From: a virus
Taxonomy: Duplodnaviria; Caudoviricetes
Strand: one strand, 5' to 3'
Virus record (IMG/VR): IMGVR_UViG_3300025103_000092
Span: 1 to 32,143 of that record
Length of the DNA stretch: 32,143 nt
The notes under the pieces were generated by a model. The model was not told the origin of the DNA and made no database searches. It saw nothing but the letters and a program-made list of their open reading frames with translations. This document shows positions 8,392-18,873 of this stretch, piece after piece. Numbering within the stretch: the first letter of the stretch is position 1; each line of letters opens with the position of its first letter. The translations under genes and the position numbers were made by a program.

Positions 8392-10322
8392 ACGAAGACA
8401 AGTTCCCGCAAAACATCCGAGGATTTATTGAGTCCTCGAAAACCGAGAAGTCTGCCGAGCGCAGGCTTTGGAACATTAGCGCCCGCTTTCTTGAAGGGCG
8501 TCAGTGGATTAACGACAACCGCCGCATCACCCAGCTAGACCGTGGCCGCATGGCCAACTCCGAAGGCCAGACCAAGGTCACGGTCAACCTTCTCATCAAC
8601 ATGTATCGCAACGTGTTGAGTCGGCTGGCCCTGAGCTATCCGTCGATGGCGGTGCTCCCTTCGTCTCCGTCGAACGAAGACATCGTCAAGGCCAAGTCTT
8701 GTGAGATCGCCCTTCGGTACTACTGGCACACGGACGGGATGAAGGCCAAGCTTGAGAAGCTAATTCAAATTCTCTTGCAGTTTGGAACCGCCGCTCTCCA
8801 TTCGTTCTACGACCCTGGAACGGAGACCGTGAAGACGGATGTGTACCGGCCTCACGACATCTTCTTCGAGCCCGGGGTCATCAGTCCTGACGACAGCCAG
8901 TGGATTGCCCTGCGCCGTTTTGTGACCAGGGATGCCCTTACCAAGGCGTTCCCGGAGCACGCGAAGGAGATCAAGGAGGCCCCGAAGGCTGAGGATCTCA
9001 ACTACGGGGTTGTCAGCACTGGCGTATCGAACTCCCCTCCCCGCAACCGGGTTGAGTTCTACGAGGTGTACTGGCGCGATGGCCGCTGCGCCATGGTCGT
9101 TGGCGGGACGTATCTGTACAAGGGCATGAAGGACAAGGCGATGTTCCCTGTTCAGATCGTCCGGTACACCGAAGTGGACCGCCGTCTTTGGGGCATCAGC
9201 TTCCTAGCTCCGCTGTTAGATTTGCAACTTCTGTACAACCGCGCACGGTCTCAGATGATCCAAAACGTGGAGCTTATGGGTAACCCCAAGTGGTTGATCC
9301 CAAAGACGGCGGGCATCTCATCTACGTCGATCACGTCCAGGGCTGGCGAGAAGATCTACTACAACGCCGCATCGCCCCGTCCAGAGCAGGTGATGCCAGC
9401 CCCGTTGCCCGAATACGTGACCCAGAACATCATGCGTATCCAGTCAGAGATGATGGACGTAGGTGGCATCCACTCTGTCACGCTGGGCAAGAGAGCGGTG
9501 GGCATTACGTCTGGCAAGGGTATGGAGACCCTGACCGAGCAGGACACCAGCCAGCTTCAGATCACCCAGCAGTACATCGAGCGGGCCGTGTCTGCCACCG
9601 CCAAGTGCGTCCTCATGCTTATGCAGAGGCACTACCAAGAGCCCAAGATGATGGCCATGTTCGACCAGTACGGCAAGGCTGTCTACAACGCCATTGAGTC
9701 CACCAACCTGTCCAAGACCCCGGAGGTCTACTTGCAGGCCGGTAGCCTGTTTAGAGACGAGGCTCAGGACAGGGACGCGAAGGTTGTGCAGTTGCTTGAG
9801 ATGGGGCTCATCGAAAAGGATGAGGCTCTCAACGAGCTATCGTTCCGTACTGGCAACCAGAGGATCTCCGAAAAGATTCAGTCCATCTCCCATGCGCGTG
9901 ACATGCTCGCCATTATCAAGGGCGGTGGCATGATTGAGATCTTCGCCAACGATGACATCGAAGCGTTCAAGCAGGTCTTCAGTGAATTCATGAAGACGGC
10001 AGAGTTCTACTCCCTGGAGCCAGAGAAGCAGAACTACATCCGCGACGTCCTGGTGTCGATTGCCACGGCTGGCGCTCCTTTCGAGGACTACGTTACGGCC
10101 CTGAACAACGCGAAGGTCTTCCCACGCAAAACCGCAATGTCGGAGGGCGCAGGGAATATCGCAACCAACATCGGGTCGCAAAACTCAACTGCGTCGCAGA
10201 CCCAGGTGGCCCAGCAGCAAGCGGCTAGCGCATCCAAGTACGGAAGCATTGGCACGGCAGAGCACAAGCTCTCTAACAGGAACGAAGCCCTGATTGGTTC
10301 ACGTAGGGGAGGGCCTGCCTGA
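8388..10322 (+). CDS. Portal protein (P22-like size and motifs)
   Basis: FLEGRQW; VTVNLLINMYRNVLSRL; WGISFLAPLLDLQLLYN; NPKWLIP; Q/A-rich C-terminal tail; 644 aa. Confidence 0.85.
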   Translation: MNEDKFPQNIRGFIESSKTEKSAERRLWNISARFLEGRQWINDNRRITQLDRGRMANSEGQTKVTVNLLINMYRNVLSRLALSYPSMAVLPSSPSNEDIVKAKSCEIALRYYWHTDGMKAKLEKLIQILLQFGTAALHSFYDPGTETVKTDVYRPHDIFFEPGVISPDDSQWIALRRFVTRDALTKAFPEHAKEIKEAPKAEDLNYGVVSTGVSNSPPRNRVEFYEVYWRDGRCAMVVGGTYLYKGMKDKAMFPVQIVRYTEVDRRLWGISFLAPLLDLQLLYNRARSQMIQNVELMGNPKWLIPKTAGISSTSITSRAGEKIYYNAASPRPEQVMPAPLPEYVTQNIMRIQSEMMDVGGIHSVTLGKRAVGITSGKGMETLTEQDTSQLQITQQYIERAVSATAKCVLMLMQRHYQEPKMMAMFDQYGKAVYNAIESTNLSKTPEVYLQAGSLFRDEAQDRDAKVVQLLEMGLIEKDEALNELSFRTGNQRISEKIQSISHARDMLAIIKGGGMIEIFANDDIEAFKQVFSEFMKTAEFYSLEPEKQNYIRDVLVSIATAGAPFEDYVTALNNAKVFPRKTAMSEGAGNIATNIGSQNSTASQTQVAQQQAASASKYGSIGTAEHKLSNRNEALIGSRRGGPA

Positions 10323-11014
10323 TGGCTAACGCAGAGTTCGTAATCAACACGTTCAGAACGTACATCGATGAGCCCGACCAGACCTTCGTGCCTAACTCCA
10401 CGGTCACCAAGATGCTACAGGTCGGATACAACGAGTTCCGAAACAAGGTCATCACATACGACCCAAGCATCTACACTAAGACAGCGGACTACACGCTTAG
10501 TGATTCCATCCAGCTAGACCTGGCAGCGGTTACCCCCGCTGGCTTTGCAGGGCCTATCGTCGGCGCGGCAGCCACGACCCCGGGTGAGCGGCTTGAGATG
10601 CTCATCTCTATGTATCGCCCAGGGGAAACGACGGGCACGCCGCTGGTTGTCTACAACCCGGTTCAAAGCCTCGCGGCCTTGCAGTCTACCGTGGGCAGCT
10701 ACTTCTTTACGGATGGGCTGCTGATGTTCTCTGGAAGACTCACGAGCACCATCCGGCTGGCGTATGTCCCTGACTCAAACGTCAGTTGGGACCCTGCTGC
10801 CCCGTCGGCTTACATTGATGATCTCGGACTATTCCATGACCTCATCGCTCTTTACGCATATAAACAGTATGCAATCGCTGATGCGGCCATAAATCAGCCG
10901 CTCCTGTACCAGCTTGAGAAGAGGGAGACAGCATTGGAGGAGTACCTGACGCACAGGAACGTAGGCAGCGCGAACTACGTTAACGACGTTTCCTCAGCCG
11001 ACTACTGGCTCTAG
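10322..11014 (+). CDS. Head-tail adaptor (tail tubular A / gp4-like)
   Basis: Helical N-terminus FRTYIDEP..., C-terminal FHDLIALYAY; follows the portal gene. Confidence 0.65.
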   Translation: MANAEFVINTFRTYIDEPDQTFVPNSTVTKMLQVGYNEFRNKVITYDPSIYTKTADYTLSDSIQLDLAAVTPAGFAGPIVGAAATTPGERLEMLISMYRPGETTGTPLVVYNPVQSLAALQSTVGSYFFTDGLLMFSGRLTSTIRLAYVPDSNVSWDPAAPSAYIDDLGLFHDLIALYAYKQYAIADAAINQPLLYQLEKRETALEEYLTHRNVGSANYVNDVSSADYWL

Positions 11015-11015
11015 C

Positions 11016-14000
11016 ATGGCCGTTCGTGGCAACCAGGTTGAGGGGATAGGCGGAGGCATCGAGGCGGATGCTCCGACCAAGGGCACCTTTGCGCTCAACA
11101 TGCTCTACCGCAATAACGCCTGGGAGGCCCGAAGTGGCTTTGGCCAGGTGGCGGAAATCGACACCTCCATGGGCGCCATCCGCAGAGGCGCAAGCGCAGA
11201 GGAGTGGGGCTACAGGCGCCACCTTGGCTCAAGGATTATTGAGACAAACTTTGGCCACCAGCAGGTGCTGAGCGTGTTCCAGGCGCTGGCGTATACCGGT
11301 GACCGGGAAGAGAGCGACCCGTTTGGCGTGGTCGCAGACGAGAACGCCCTGTCCCTGACAGCGCAGACGCCCATCTACGTTGTGTCAATTTACGACATAA
11401 CCACTGATGAGCACTGGGAGAGCCCCCTCTACTACCACACGTCTAGCAACTCCACCTCCACGGACGCCAAAGTAGAGATGGACGAGTGGCATGCCAACTA
11501 CGAGTCGGCGTGGTCTTTTGCATACGAGTACCCGGTGTCGGACTCTGCCGTGTTTCCCGACATGCCAAACACCAGGACGACAAACAACCAGTCATGGATA
11601 AGGGCCACCGAGGGTGCATCGGCCTTCTTCTTCACGGAGACTAACGACGAGCTTTTCTTTGGCAACACTGACACCGGCCTGATGGCCTACATCCCGGCCA
11701 CGTTCAGGGGCTTCAGGAAGGGTCGCAAGGCTATTCAGCGCAGGGGCCGCGCGCACCAGGTTGATACGGTCCATGAGTGGACGTGGTCTCCTCATTACGG
11801 CGAGACGTCCCTGGTCATCCCCGTAACGGCTGCAGACGGGCCGTACAGCGCGGGCATGACCTACCTGAACAAGACAGAGTTCCCTCGCCCGTCAGGGGGC
11901 ACCTCCTTTAACGGGCGGCTGGTTTTATTCTCTGGTCGCACGCTTCACTTCTCTGATTTCAATTACCCGGCGAGCATCCTGGCCAACAACCTTTTGGCGG
12001 TAGGGTCGGAGAAGGAGATCACAGCCGTCGTTGAGCACGTCGGCAACCTGATCATCTTTACCGAGGACGAGACCTGGTATTTCCAGCCAGCGCAGGGAGT
12101 GGTGGTGACCACTGGCAGGCTTATCCGCCTCGACCCAAACCGTGGGTGTGCGGACGCGGGCTCCGTAGTTACGGCTGGCGGTGGCCTTGTTTGGATGGAC
12201 AAGAACGGCGCATACGTGATGCGTGGCCTGTCTATCCAGACAATTTCCAGTCAGATCAGCCCATTCTTCACCGACTACATGTCTAACCCCCTCACCAACT
12301 TCTTCACGAAGAGCGGGAACCTCTCCAACCCAGTTCCCCAGGAGCAGCAGCTAACACGGCTCCGGTTCAACCCAGAGGGGATGAGCGCCACGTATTGCCA
12401 CAAGCTAAAGGCGATCATCTGGGCGCTCCCGGCCAATGACCTCATTCTCTACTACCGAGAAGATAAGTGGGCCGTCTGGACCACTCAGACCATGGCCAAC
12501 ACCACGCTCGATGTGCAGGTCCAGAAGAATATCCGGTCGCCCTGGGTTGGCAGCACTCCAGAGGAGCTATTCCTGATCGGCTCGTATCCAGAAGGGGTCG
12601 CGGGTCAGACGGCGACCAACCAAACAATAGACATGGACGACAACAGAAGGTCTGACGACGACACAAGGTCGAGGCCGTATTATCTTTTGAGGTACGAGCG
12701 AGGCGGCGCTGTCGATAGGAGCGTTGAGCTTGGAGAGGACAACCGTGGCGTTGTTGGCCGGTGGAGGCGCGACGGGGTCAACGGGAGCGGCTCGCTCACC
12801 CCGCCGCAGACGGACCACTTCCTGTATGTGGGCAAGCCAGTCCCCCTCCCCACGGGGCTGCAGCTAAGAACCCTTGGGGCGACCACATCAAGGGAGGACA
12901 CGTACCTTGTCCCTATCGACGTGGTGTGTGGCACTACGTTCTACGACCACCTCCCCGTGGCGACTCTTAGCAGGGCCACGCACAGCATCAACGGTGGCTA
13001 CGACATTGGGTACCAGAGGATTGAGATCCTCCTATACTTTGACAAGACCCACTGGACCCCCCTCACCGTCCCCGGTCTAGCGACCGACGTGGACTTCGCT
13101 CTGGACTCAGAGAGACTGTCTACATTCAAGACCGGAGGCGGCACCAGCACCTGGACCGTGACCAGGGCGAATGCGGCGGGCGCTGCGAATGCCGCTGGTA
13201 GCTACATTAACATCTCCTTCAACTCGGCAAACGGTGGCGCTGGCGCTGCCGACTGGGCTCAGTGGCCCTTCCTGAACACCCCGGCCATGTCGCTGTCCAG
13301 GCTCCTGTATATCCCGTTCGAGCCTACGCAGTCAGCACTAGAGTCCGCTTACACCGTTGGGATGGGGATTGAGGTCAAGGACTGCAAGGTCTACCCGGAG
13401 AAGCCATCCAGGGCTCTCACCAACACGGCTGACTGGCTCAACCAGATTCCCTACGTCTGGGACGAGAGCAAGCTTGGCACCATCGAGAGCGAGGACAACA
13501 ACGTCGCGCAGCCGATTGACTGGGCATACAAGACTCAGAACATTGCCGCCGAGGGCGGTGTTCAGATCAAAGGCCGGGGCGTTAACGTCGTCGGCATCTC
13601 TCACGGCATGGCAGACACAACGCTCAGGCTCGTGGATACGTGGCCCTTTGGGCTCTTAAACTGCGTTTCGGGGTCTGACACGAAGCAGTGGTCGGCCCAG
13701 GTCATTGACGTCGTTCCTGCGACCGATGCGTCCAACACCACGGAGAACACCCCTGCCGTGGTGTCTAGCCCCAACAAGACGTCAATCCGCACCCGGTACA
13801 AGAATAGCGGCACGGCTGACCTTGTGCCTGACACGTTTACGAACGCTGGGGCGGACGGCCCCTTCTACGGGGACACGGGTCAGGTTGCTACGCGCTACGC
13901 TCAGCTAGTGGATGACGAAGAGGTGAGCCTCTTGAACATCAGCGACGGCATCCGTGGGCAGAGCGTGTCGTACATGCTGTGGGGTCACCTGCAGAACAAG

Positions 14001-14075
14001 GCGGAGAAGATTGTCCTTGAGTCGGCCAAGGTTGTGATACGGGTCCTTGGCGGAGTCAGAAGGCGGGGTAGGTGA
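11016..14075 (+). CDS. Tail nozzle / stabilisation protein (tail tubular B / gp10-like beta-propeller)
   Basis: ALNMLY...WEARSGF; FNGRLVLF...LHFSD; ITAV..NLIIFTE; RGC...LVWMDKNGAY; basic C-terminus. Confidence 0.7.
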   Translation: MAVRGNQVEGIGGGIEADAPTKGTFALNMLYRNNAWEARSGFGQVAEIDTSMGAIRRGASAEEWGYRRHLGSRIIETNFGHQQVLSVFQALAYTGDREESDPFGVVADENALSLTAQTPIYVVSIYDITTDEHWESPLYYHTSSNSTSTDAKVEMDEWHANYESAWSFAYEYPVSDSAVFPDMPNTRTTNNQSWIRATEGASAFFFTETNDELFFGNTDTGLMAYIPATFRGFRKGRKAIQRRGRAHQVDTVHEWTWSPHYGETSLVIPVTAADGPYSAGMTYLNKTEFPRPSGGTSFNGRLVLFSGRTLHFSDFNYPASILANNLLAVGSEKEITAVVEHVGNLIIFTEDETWYFQPAQGVVVTTGRLIRLDPNRGCADAGSVVTAGGGLVWMDKNGAYVMRGLSIQTISSQISPFFTDYMSNPLTNFFTKSGNLSNPVPQEQQLTRLRFNPEGMSATYCHKLKAIIWALPANDLILYYREDKWAVWTTQTMANTTLDVQVQKNIRSPWVGSTPEELFLIGSYPEGVAGQTATNQTIDMDDNRRSDDDTRSRPYYLLRYERGGAVDRSVELGEDNRGVVGRWRRDGVNGSGSLTPPQTDHFLYVGKPVPLPTGLQLRTLGATTSREDTYLVPIDVVCGTTFYDHLPVATLSRATHSINGGYDIGYQRIEILLYFDKTHWTPLTVPGLATDVDFALDSERLSTFKTGGGTSTWTVTRANAAGAANAAGSYINISFNSANGGAGAADWAQWPFLNTPAMSLSRLLYIPFEPTQSALESAYTVGMGIEVKDCKVYPEKPSRALTNTADWLNQIPYVWDESKLGTIESEDNNVAQPIDWAYKTQNIAAEGGVQIKGRGVNVVGISHGMADTTLRLVDTWPFGLLNCVSGSDTKQWSAQVIDVVPATDASNTTENTPAVVSSPNKTSIRTRYKNSGTADLVPDTFTNAGADGPFYGDTGQVATRYAQLVDDEEVSLLNISDGIRGQSVSYMLWGHLQNKAEKIVLESAKVVIRVLGGVRRRGR

Positions 14076-14644
14076 TGGAGATCCTCAACCTAGACTCGGA
14101 CGGCATTCCGCTCCAGAACAGGATGATCCGAGACGACCTCTCCGGGGCCGTTGACGGCCTAGACATCCACCCCGAAGGGCAGCCGGTCGAGGAGGGCGAG
14201 AAGGAGTTCAACACCTTCAACCTGTCCTCCGGGTGCCCTCCCCTGCAGCTTTCAAAGCCCTATACGCTGGTGAGCGGCAACGGGACCTTTGTCCAGGCAG
14301 ACAAGACCTCTGAGATTAATGACGACGCGATGTTCCACGGGGTGTCCTTCTCCACGGTGGAGGATAAGCCCGACATCGCTGCGCTAAAGATAGCGGCGGA
14401 CAAGCGCGGAATCTTCGTGGGCTGTACGTTCCATCGGTTTGAGGGCATGAACGCGACGGAGATCATCACCGTTGAGGACGGCGGTCAGGCTGTCTTTATC
14501 GGATGCCTGTTCGTTGGCGGAACCCTGGGCATCAAGAACCTGGGGCTCGCTCCAGGCGCTGGTAACGTCATCCTTATCGGGTGCTCCAAGAGAGAGATGA
14601 TGATATTCGGTGACCACGTAACACTCGTCAACTGCTTGAGCTAA
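14072..14644 (+). CDS. Short beta-helix virion protein
   Basis: Repeating FHGVSF, FVGCTF, FIGCLF, LIGCS, LVNCL rungs; start GTG 14072 or ATG 14075. Confidence 0.6.
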   Translation: MMEILNLDSDGIPLQNRMIRDDLSGAVDGLDIHPEGQPVEEGEKEFNTFNLSSGCPPLQLSKPYTLVSGNGTFVQADKTSEINDDAMFHGVSFSTVEDKPDIAALKIAADKRGIFVGCTFHRFEGMNATEIITVEDGGQAVFIGCLFVGGTLGIKNLGLAPGAGNVILIGCSKREMMIFGDHVTLVNCLS

Positions 14645-14645
14645 C

Positions 14646-15950
14646 ATGGCATACGATCACAAAAAGTCGAACCGAACCCTGACTGACGAGCAGTTCAGCG
14701 ATGGCACGACCATCGACGGAACGCGGATTGACCAGGCCCTCCAAGACTCTGTTGAGCACTTCAACGAGGTCCCGACAGGAGACTCATCCACCAGGATGAC
14801 GCAGCAGCAATTCGTGTTTGGGTACCAGCCCGCGATGTATACGTCGATGCCGAGCACGAAGGGGGCGTCCCTTGTCGGGCACGCCGCAGACAGGTTCCCC
14901 GCTAAGTACCGAACGGCCAAGGGCACTGCAGCGGGAACTACCCTCCCCTGGATTCCGCTCAAGAACAACAAGTACACCACCGTCACCACCAACGCATCCA
15001 CCAACTGGGCGGCGGTGACCGTGGACAGCCTCCAGTCCTCTACCCCGTCGATTGGGTTTCAGAACAAGTGGCGATACAAGGGCACCAAGGTTCGTGAGTG
15101 GGGCGATGCGATTGTTGGGGAGATCACCAACGACGGTGCCCTTGAGGATGCGGACTGGGCCGACTTTTGGCTTAACGGCCAGGACGACACGGGAGACCAC
15201 CGAAAGCTGGCCAACGGATATCAATACGTCTGGTCCCATAGCTGGAACTTTGCAGACCCGTGCGTGCTTCACGACCTCATGGTCTACCTGCGGACAGACA
15301 GGCGCGGGCCGTATTTCGGCTACTACTCCAAGCCGCTGGCCTACGCGGCGCAGGGGGCGACAACCTGGAAGACAAACGCGGCCTGGTCGTGCAAGCAGCT
15401 TTATGTCTCCATCTGCGTTGACAACCCGTTTGCCCAAGAAGACCGCTCCATGAACGACAACGAGGTTGTCATATGGAACCGCCGCATCGACGCGGCATCG
15501 ACGCAATCCCCCACCCGGTACGATGCGGGCGTCTCCCCGACGCTGACCACCAGTGGCCTCGACATGGTCCCAAGGCTTCAATATGAGCCATCGGCAAGCG
15601 GGCTCGACGGCTTCTATGGGTTCATCTATCGCCTGTCCGCCATGAACATCCCGATCCACAGGAACGCTCGGGTTAGGATGGCAATAGCTATCCCGTGGTA
15701 TTCTGAGATCACATCGTCGCCCGCTGGCTCGTCGGTTACCGGAGAGGGCAACATCCGAAAAGGGTGGGCAGACCCATACGCCAACAACCCAGGAGAGCTA
15801 ACGACGATGCCCGTAAAGGCTTTCTGGCAGGACGCGGTTAGCGCGACGCCCGTCGTGGGTGACCTCCCAAGCTGCCCCCTCGGGGCGGAGCCCATGGGGG
15901 GGATGTCCATTAATGGCTGCCTGACCACGCTTGAGGAGATTGCCAAGTAA
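14646..15950 (+). CDS. Virion structural (tail) protein
   Basis: 434-aa T/S/G/W-rich ORF in the tail module; TAATG-coupled to the next gene. Confidence 0.65.
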   Translation: MAYDHKKSNRTLTDEQFSDGTTIDGTRIDQALQDSVEHFNEVPTGDSSTRMTQQQFVFGYQPAMYTSMPSTKGASLVGHAADRFPAKYRTAKGTAAGTTLPWIPLKNNKYTTVTTNASTNWAAVTVDSLQSSTPSIGFQNKWRYKGTKVREWGDAIVGEITNDGALEDADWADFWLNGQDDTGDHRKLANGYQYVWSHSWNFADPCVLHDLMVYLRTDRRGPYFGYYSKPLAYAAQGATTWKTNAAWSCKQLYVSICVDNPFAQEDRSMNDNEVVIWNRRIDAASTQSPTRYDAGVSPTLTTSGLDMVPRLQYEPSASGLDGFYGFIYRLSAMNIPIHRNARVRMAIAIPWYSEITSSPAGSSVTGEGNIRKGWADPYANNPGELTTMPVKAFWQDAVSATPVVGDLPSCPLGAEPMGGMSINGCLTTLEEIAK

Positions 15951-18226
15951 TGGCCAAGGTCACACGAAAGAACCTCCCGCGCGGCGTTGTCCTTACCGTC
16001 GATCATGTGTTCAACCCCATCGAGGAGATGGAGGCAAACCTTGAGCAGGTAGCCCTTGGGGCTGATCAGATGGAGGCCCCGTACAGCACGTTCAGGGTAA
16101 GCCTCAACACCCCGTGGCTGGACTCAAAGTACTTCTTCGACAACGCAACGACGGACGGGGACACGATAAGCGAGACGGCAACGTCCTGTAACGCCCCGTA
16201 TTATATACCGTTTTGCCTGCCTCCTCTTCAGGACGATTGGCCTTCGGGTTCATCGGCCAGGATATCTCCAGGCCAGTCGATCCCCATCTTGGATGAGATC
16301 TCCTTCTCGTTTGACCAGGCCGATGAACCAGCCATCATCATGAGCCAGTGGTTCGGCAAGAAGACAGCCACCGCCAAGGTCACGTCCGCAGCTACCACAT
16401 CCCCGTCAGGCCCCGCCTCCTACGGCGGGTACCAGTTGAAGTCGGGGGCGGAGGAGAGGCCCAACGACTGGTGCCCCAACCCATACGAGGGGAAGAAGTC
16501 ATACGACAGGACAGATGCGTATGACTTCCGTCTTGTGATCTACGAGAAAGAGCAGTTCGCATGGAACGACCTGGGCACCAACACGGCGACCCCGATGGAG
16601 ATGTCGAGGAAGCTCAAGGAGGTTGTGTCGATCTCCTACCCCGCGACCAACTTCATCGGCACGATTGCAAAGTTCAACCCGGACACCGTCACTGGTATCA
16701 ACCGACAGTTCAGCCCGTTCAAGACATACGTGGCCGCACTGTTTGCCCCGAACCTGCACGACTTTGACGCTAACCGAAGGCAGCACGCCGCGCTGGTGAA
16801 CGTATGGATTGGGCTCAAGTTCAAGGCCAAGCGAGTGCAAAGAGACATCGGGTCTGCCGCCAGCGCGCCACCCGTTGTGCAGAACATCCCCACGCAGGCG
16901 AATTACAGCGGCAGGCTGGCTGAAGCCATCACAATCACAACACCCACAGCCGGGGACCTGGTCAGCGCCGACGTTCTCCCCAGCGGAGTCAACGCCAACC
17001 TCCAGAAGATCGACGAGGTGTTCCACGATAAGATCCGAGCAGGCTACAGCACCGAGTCGATGACGTATCCAGAAGAGCAGATAACCCAGGATGCGGGATA
17101 CGACGTCATCGCAGTGCCGCTCGGGCAGGGGTTCCCGTTCAACAGAATGGGCGCACGGGACGACTACCCCGTAGCCCCGTACACATACCAGCACGGGACG
17201 AACTTTGCCCCCACCGCCCTCCCGCCGAGCACCGCGAACTATGCGTCTTACGGGGAGAAGGGGTACGTGGATCGAAGGATCATCCCAATCGTTGAGCCGT
17301 TCACCCTGCACCATGTCGTCTTTGGCATGAACCATACGTCTGACCGCGTCCCCGTTTCGTGGGACCACATCAACGATGGGAGCGTGACAGACGTCCCCAA
17401 CTGGCTCAACGCCACGCAGCCAGCGGGCCAGCAGTCCCCAGGGGTCGGCGCGCTTACAATATTGGCAGGGGGAACGGCGTACGCCGCAGGCGCGACAGCG
17501 CAGACAACAAGCGCCGTTACTGGGACGGGGTCAGGCTTGACCGTTGTTATCACGAGCGTTGCGGCAGGCTCCGTCACGGGAGTTGAGATTGCGTTTCCTG
17601 GGTACGGGTACCAGGTTGGCGACCAGGTGGACATCTCCACGGGTGGGGCTGGCAACTGCCGCCTCCAGATAGCCGCAATCAACACAAGGTCGGTGGAGTA
17701 CACTATTGGCGTGGGGATGGTAAGCGGCCCAGGCGGAGACACCGCCGAATACCAGCAGCTAGCGTACAGAGAGATAACCAACACGGGAATCATGCCCGCG
17801 ACAGCCAGCGTCCCGAAGGACTTCTACATCGACGGCGTCAACCTGGACCTGCCCGCCCTGCAGACACCGCTAGACACCGCCGAGTACAAACTGGTGAACG
17901 TGCCGCTCGTTGGCGCTGGGGGGAAGGGCTACTCCGCTGGAGGCACGCCTGTGTTCATTGGGCAGTCCAACACATACAGAGAGCAGCGAAAGGGCGTGAG
18001 CGACTTGCCGGGGGCGGCGGTTTACAACGACGCTTTTGACGGCAAGCCGGGAATGGAGAGGTACCTAGAGGTTCGGCTCAGGGTAGATCCAGGGTACCCT
18101 GTCCACAAGGTCGATCCGTCGTCCCCTGCCGACATTGAGTTTGGTGGAAACTATAACCAGCAGGATATCTTTATTGGATACGGCGGCTGCTGGGTGTATT
18201 TGATTGGCAAGAAGCATCTGACATAG
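15950..18226 (+). CDS. Virion structural (tail/receptor-binding) protein
   Basis: 758 aa, beta-rich; contains a G/T-rich module (GTGSGLTV...GSVTGVEI..PGYGY..GD) typical of phage tail proteins. Confidence 0.65.
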   Translation: MAKVTRKNLPRGVVLTVDHVFNPIEEMEANLEQVALGADQMEAPYSTFRVSLNTPWLDSKYFFDNATTDGDTISETATSCNAPYYIPFCLPPLQDDWPSGSSARISPGQSIPILDEISFSFDQADEPAIIMSQWFGKKTATAKVTSAATTSPSGPASYGGYQLKSGAEERPNDWCPNPYEGKKSYDRTDAYDFRLVIYEKEQFAWNDLGTNTATPMEMSRKLKEVVSISYPATNFIGTIAKFNPDTVTGINRQFSPFKTYVAALFAPNLHDFDANRRQHAALVNVWIGLKFKAKRVQRDIGSAASAPPVVQNIPTQANYSGRLAEAITITTPTAGDLVSADVLPSGVNANLQKIDEVFHDKIRAGYSTESMTYPEEQITQDAGYDVIAVPLGQGFPFNRMGARDDYPVAPYTYQHGTNFAPTALPPSTANYASYGEKGYVDRRIIPIVEPFTLHHVVFGMNHTSDRVPVSWDHINDGSVTDVPNWLNATQPAGQQSPGVGALTILAGGTAYAAGATAQTTSAVTGTGSGLTVVITSVAAGSVTGVEIAFPGYGYQVGDQVDISTGGAGNCRLQIAAINTRSVEYTIGVGMVSGPGGDTAEYQQLAYREITNTGIMPATASVPKDFYIDGVNLDLPALQTPLDTAEYKLVNVPLVGAGGKGYSAGGTPVFIGQSNTYREQRKGVSDLPGAAVYNDAFDGKPGMERYLEVRLRVDPGYPVHKVDPSSPADIEFGGNYNQQDIFIGYGGCWVYLIGKKHLT

Positions 18227-18235
18227 GAGCGGCAA

Positions 18236-18865
18236 GTGGCGTGGTATAACCCTGGCATCGTAGGCGGCATCTTAGACCCACTCGCCGAAGCGGGCGCGAA
18301 GCTTATCGGGGTCGAGACCCCCAAGCAGAAGAGGCTTCGCCGTGAGGCTGCGTCACTGAAGGGCAAGCACAAGGATCTCTTCGGCCAGAACATTGCTGCG
18401 AATACGGAAGCCGACAAGCGGATGGAGAAGCTCTCGGGCGACATGAAGTCCAAGCTCTCTCTCGCCCCGGGCGCGCTGATGCGTGACTCAGCAGAGGCTG
18501 GCGCTCTGTCTATGGCGCGGGCCAACATGTCAGGGCCTGGGTCCCTTGGAGCCTTTAGAGACACTGGCTTTAAGGGCCACTACGCTCTCGCAAAGGGGGA
18601 GGCTGACAAGTCGTCAGCCCTCCTTGCGCTGGAGCGCGGGCAGCAGACGGACGAGCAGCAGAGCGCGATTGATGTCAGCAACGCCCTTGAGGCCGCACGC
18701 AGTTCTGGCGCGTTGAACGAGGGGACGATCGCCAGGATATCCGCCATGGCTCGCGGTGATGCCGCGAAGAGGATGGTCGCGCATGCGGAGGACACCTTCA
18801 AGGGCAAGAAGAAGCCCAGTCTTAGCGGCGGCATTTCCGACGTTATGCGCTACCTGACCACCTAG
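18236..18865 (+). CDS. Putative internal virion/ejection protein
   Basis: GTG start with AGGAG RBS; GIVGGILDPL N-terminus, Ala-rich helices; first of three helical genes after the tail genes. Confidence 0.55.
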   Translation: MAWYNPGIVGGILDPLAEAGAKLIGVETPKQKRLRREAASLKGKHKDLFGQNIAANTEADKRMEKLSGDMKSKLSLAPGALMRDSAEAGALSMARANMSGPGSLGAFRDTGFKGHYALAKGEADKSSALLALERGQQTDEQQSAIDVSNALEAARSSGALNEGTIARISAMARGDAAKRMVAHAEDTFKGKKKPSLSGGISDVMRYLTT

Positions 18866-18873
18866 AGGTTGTA

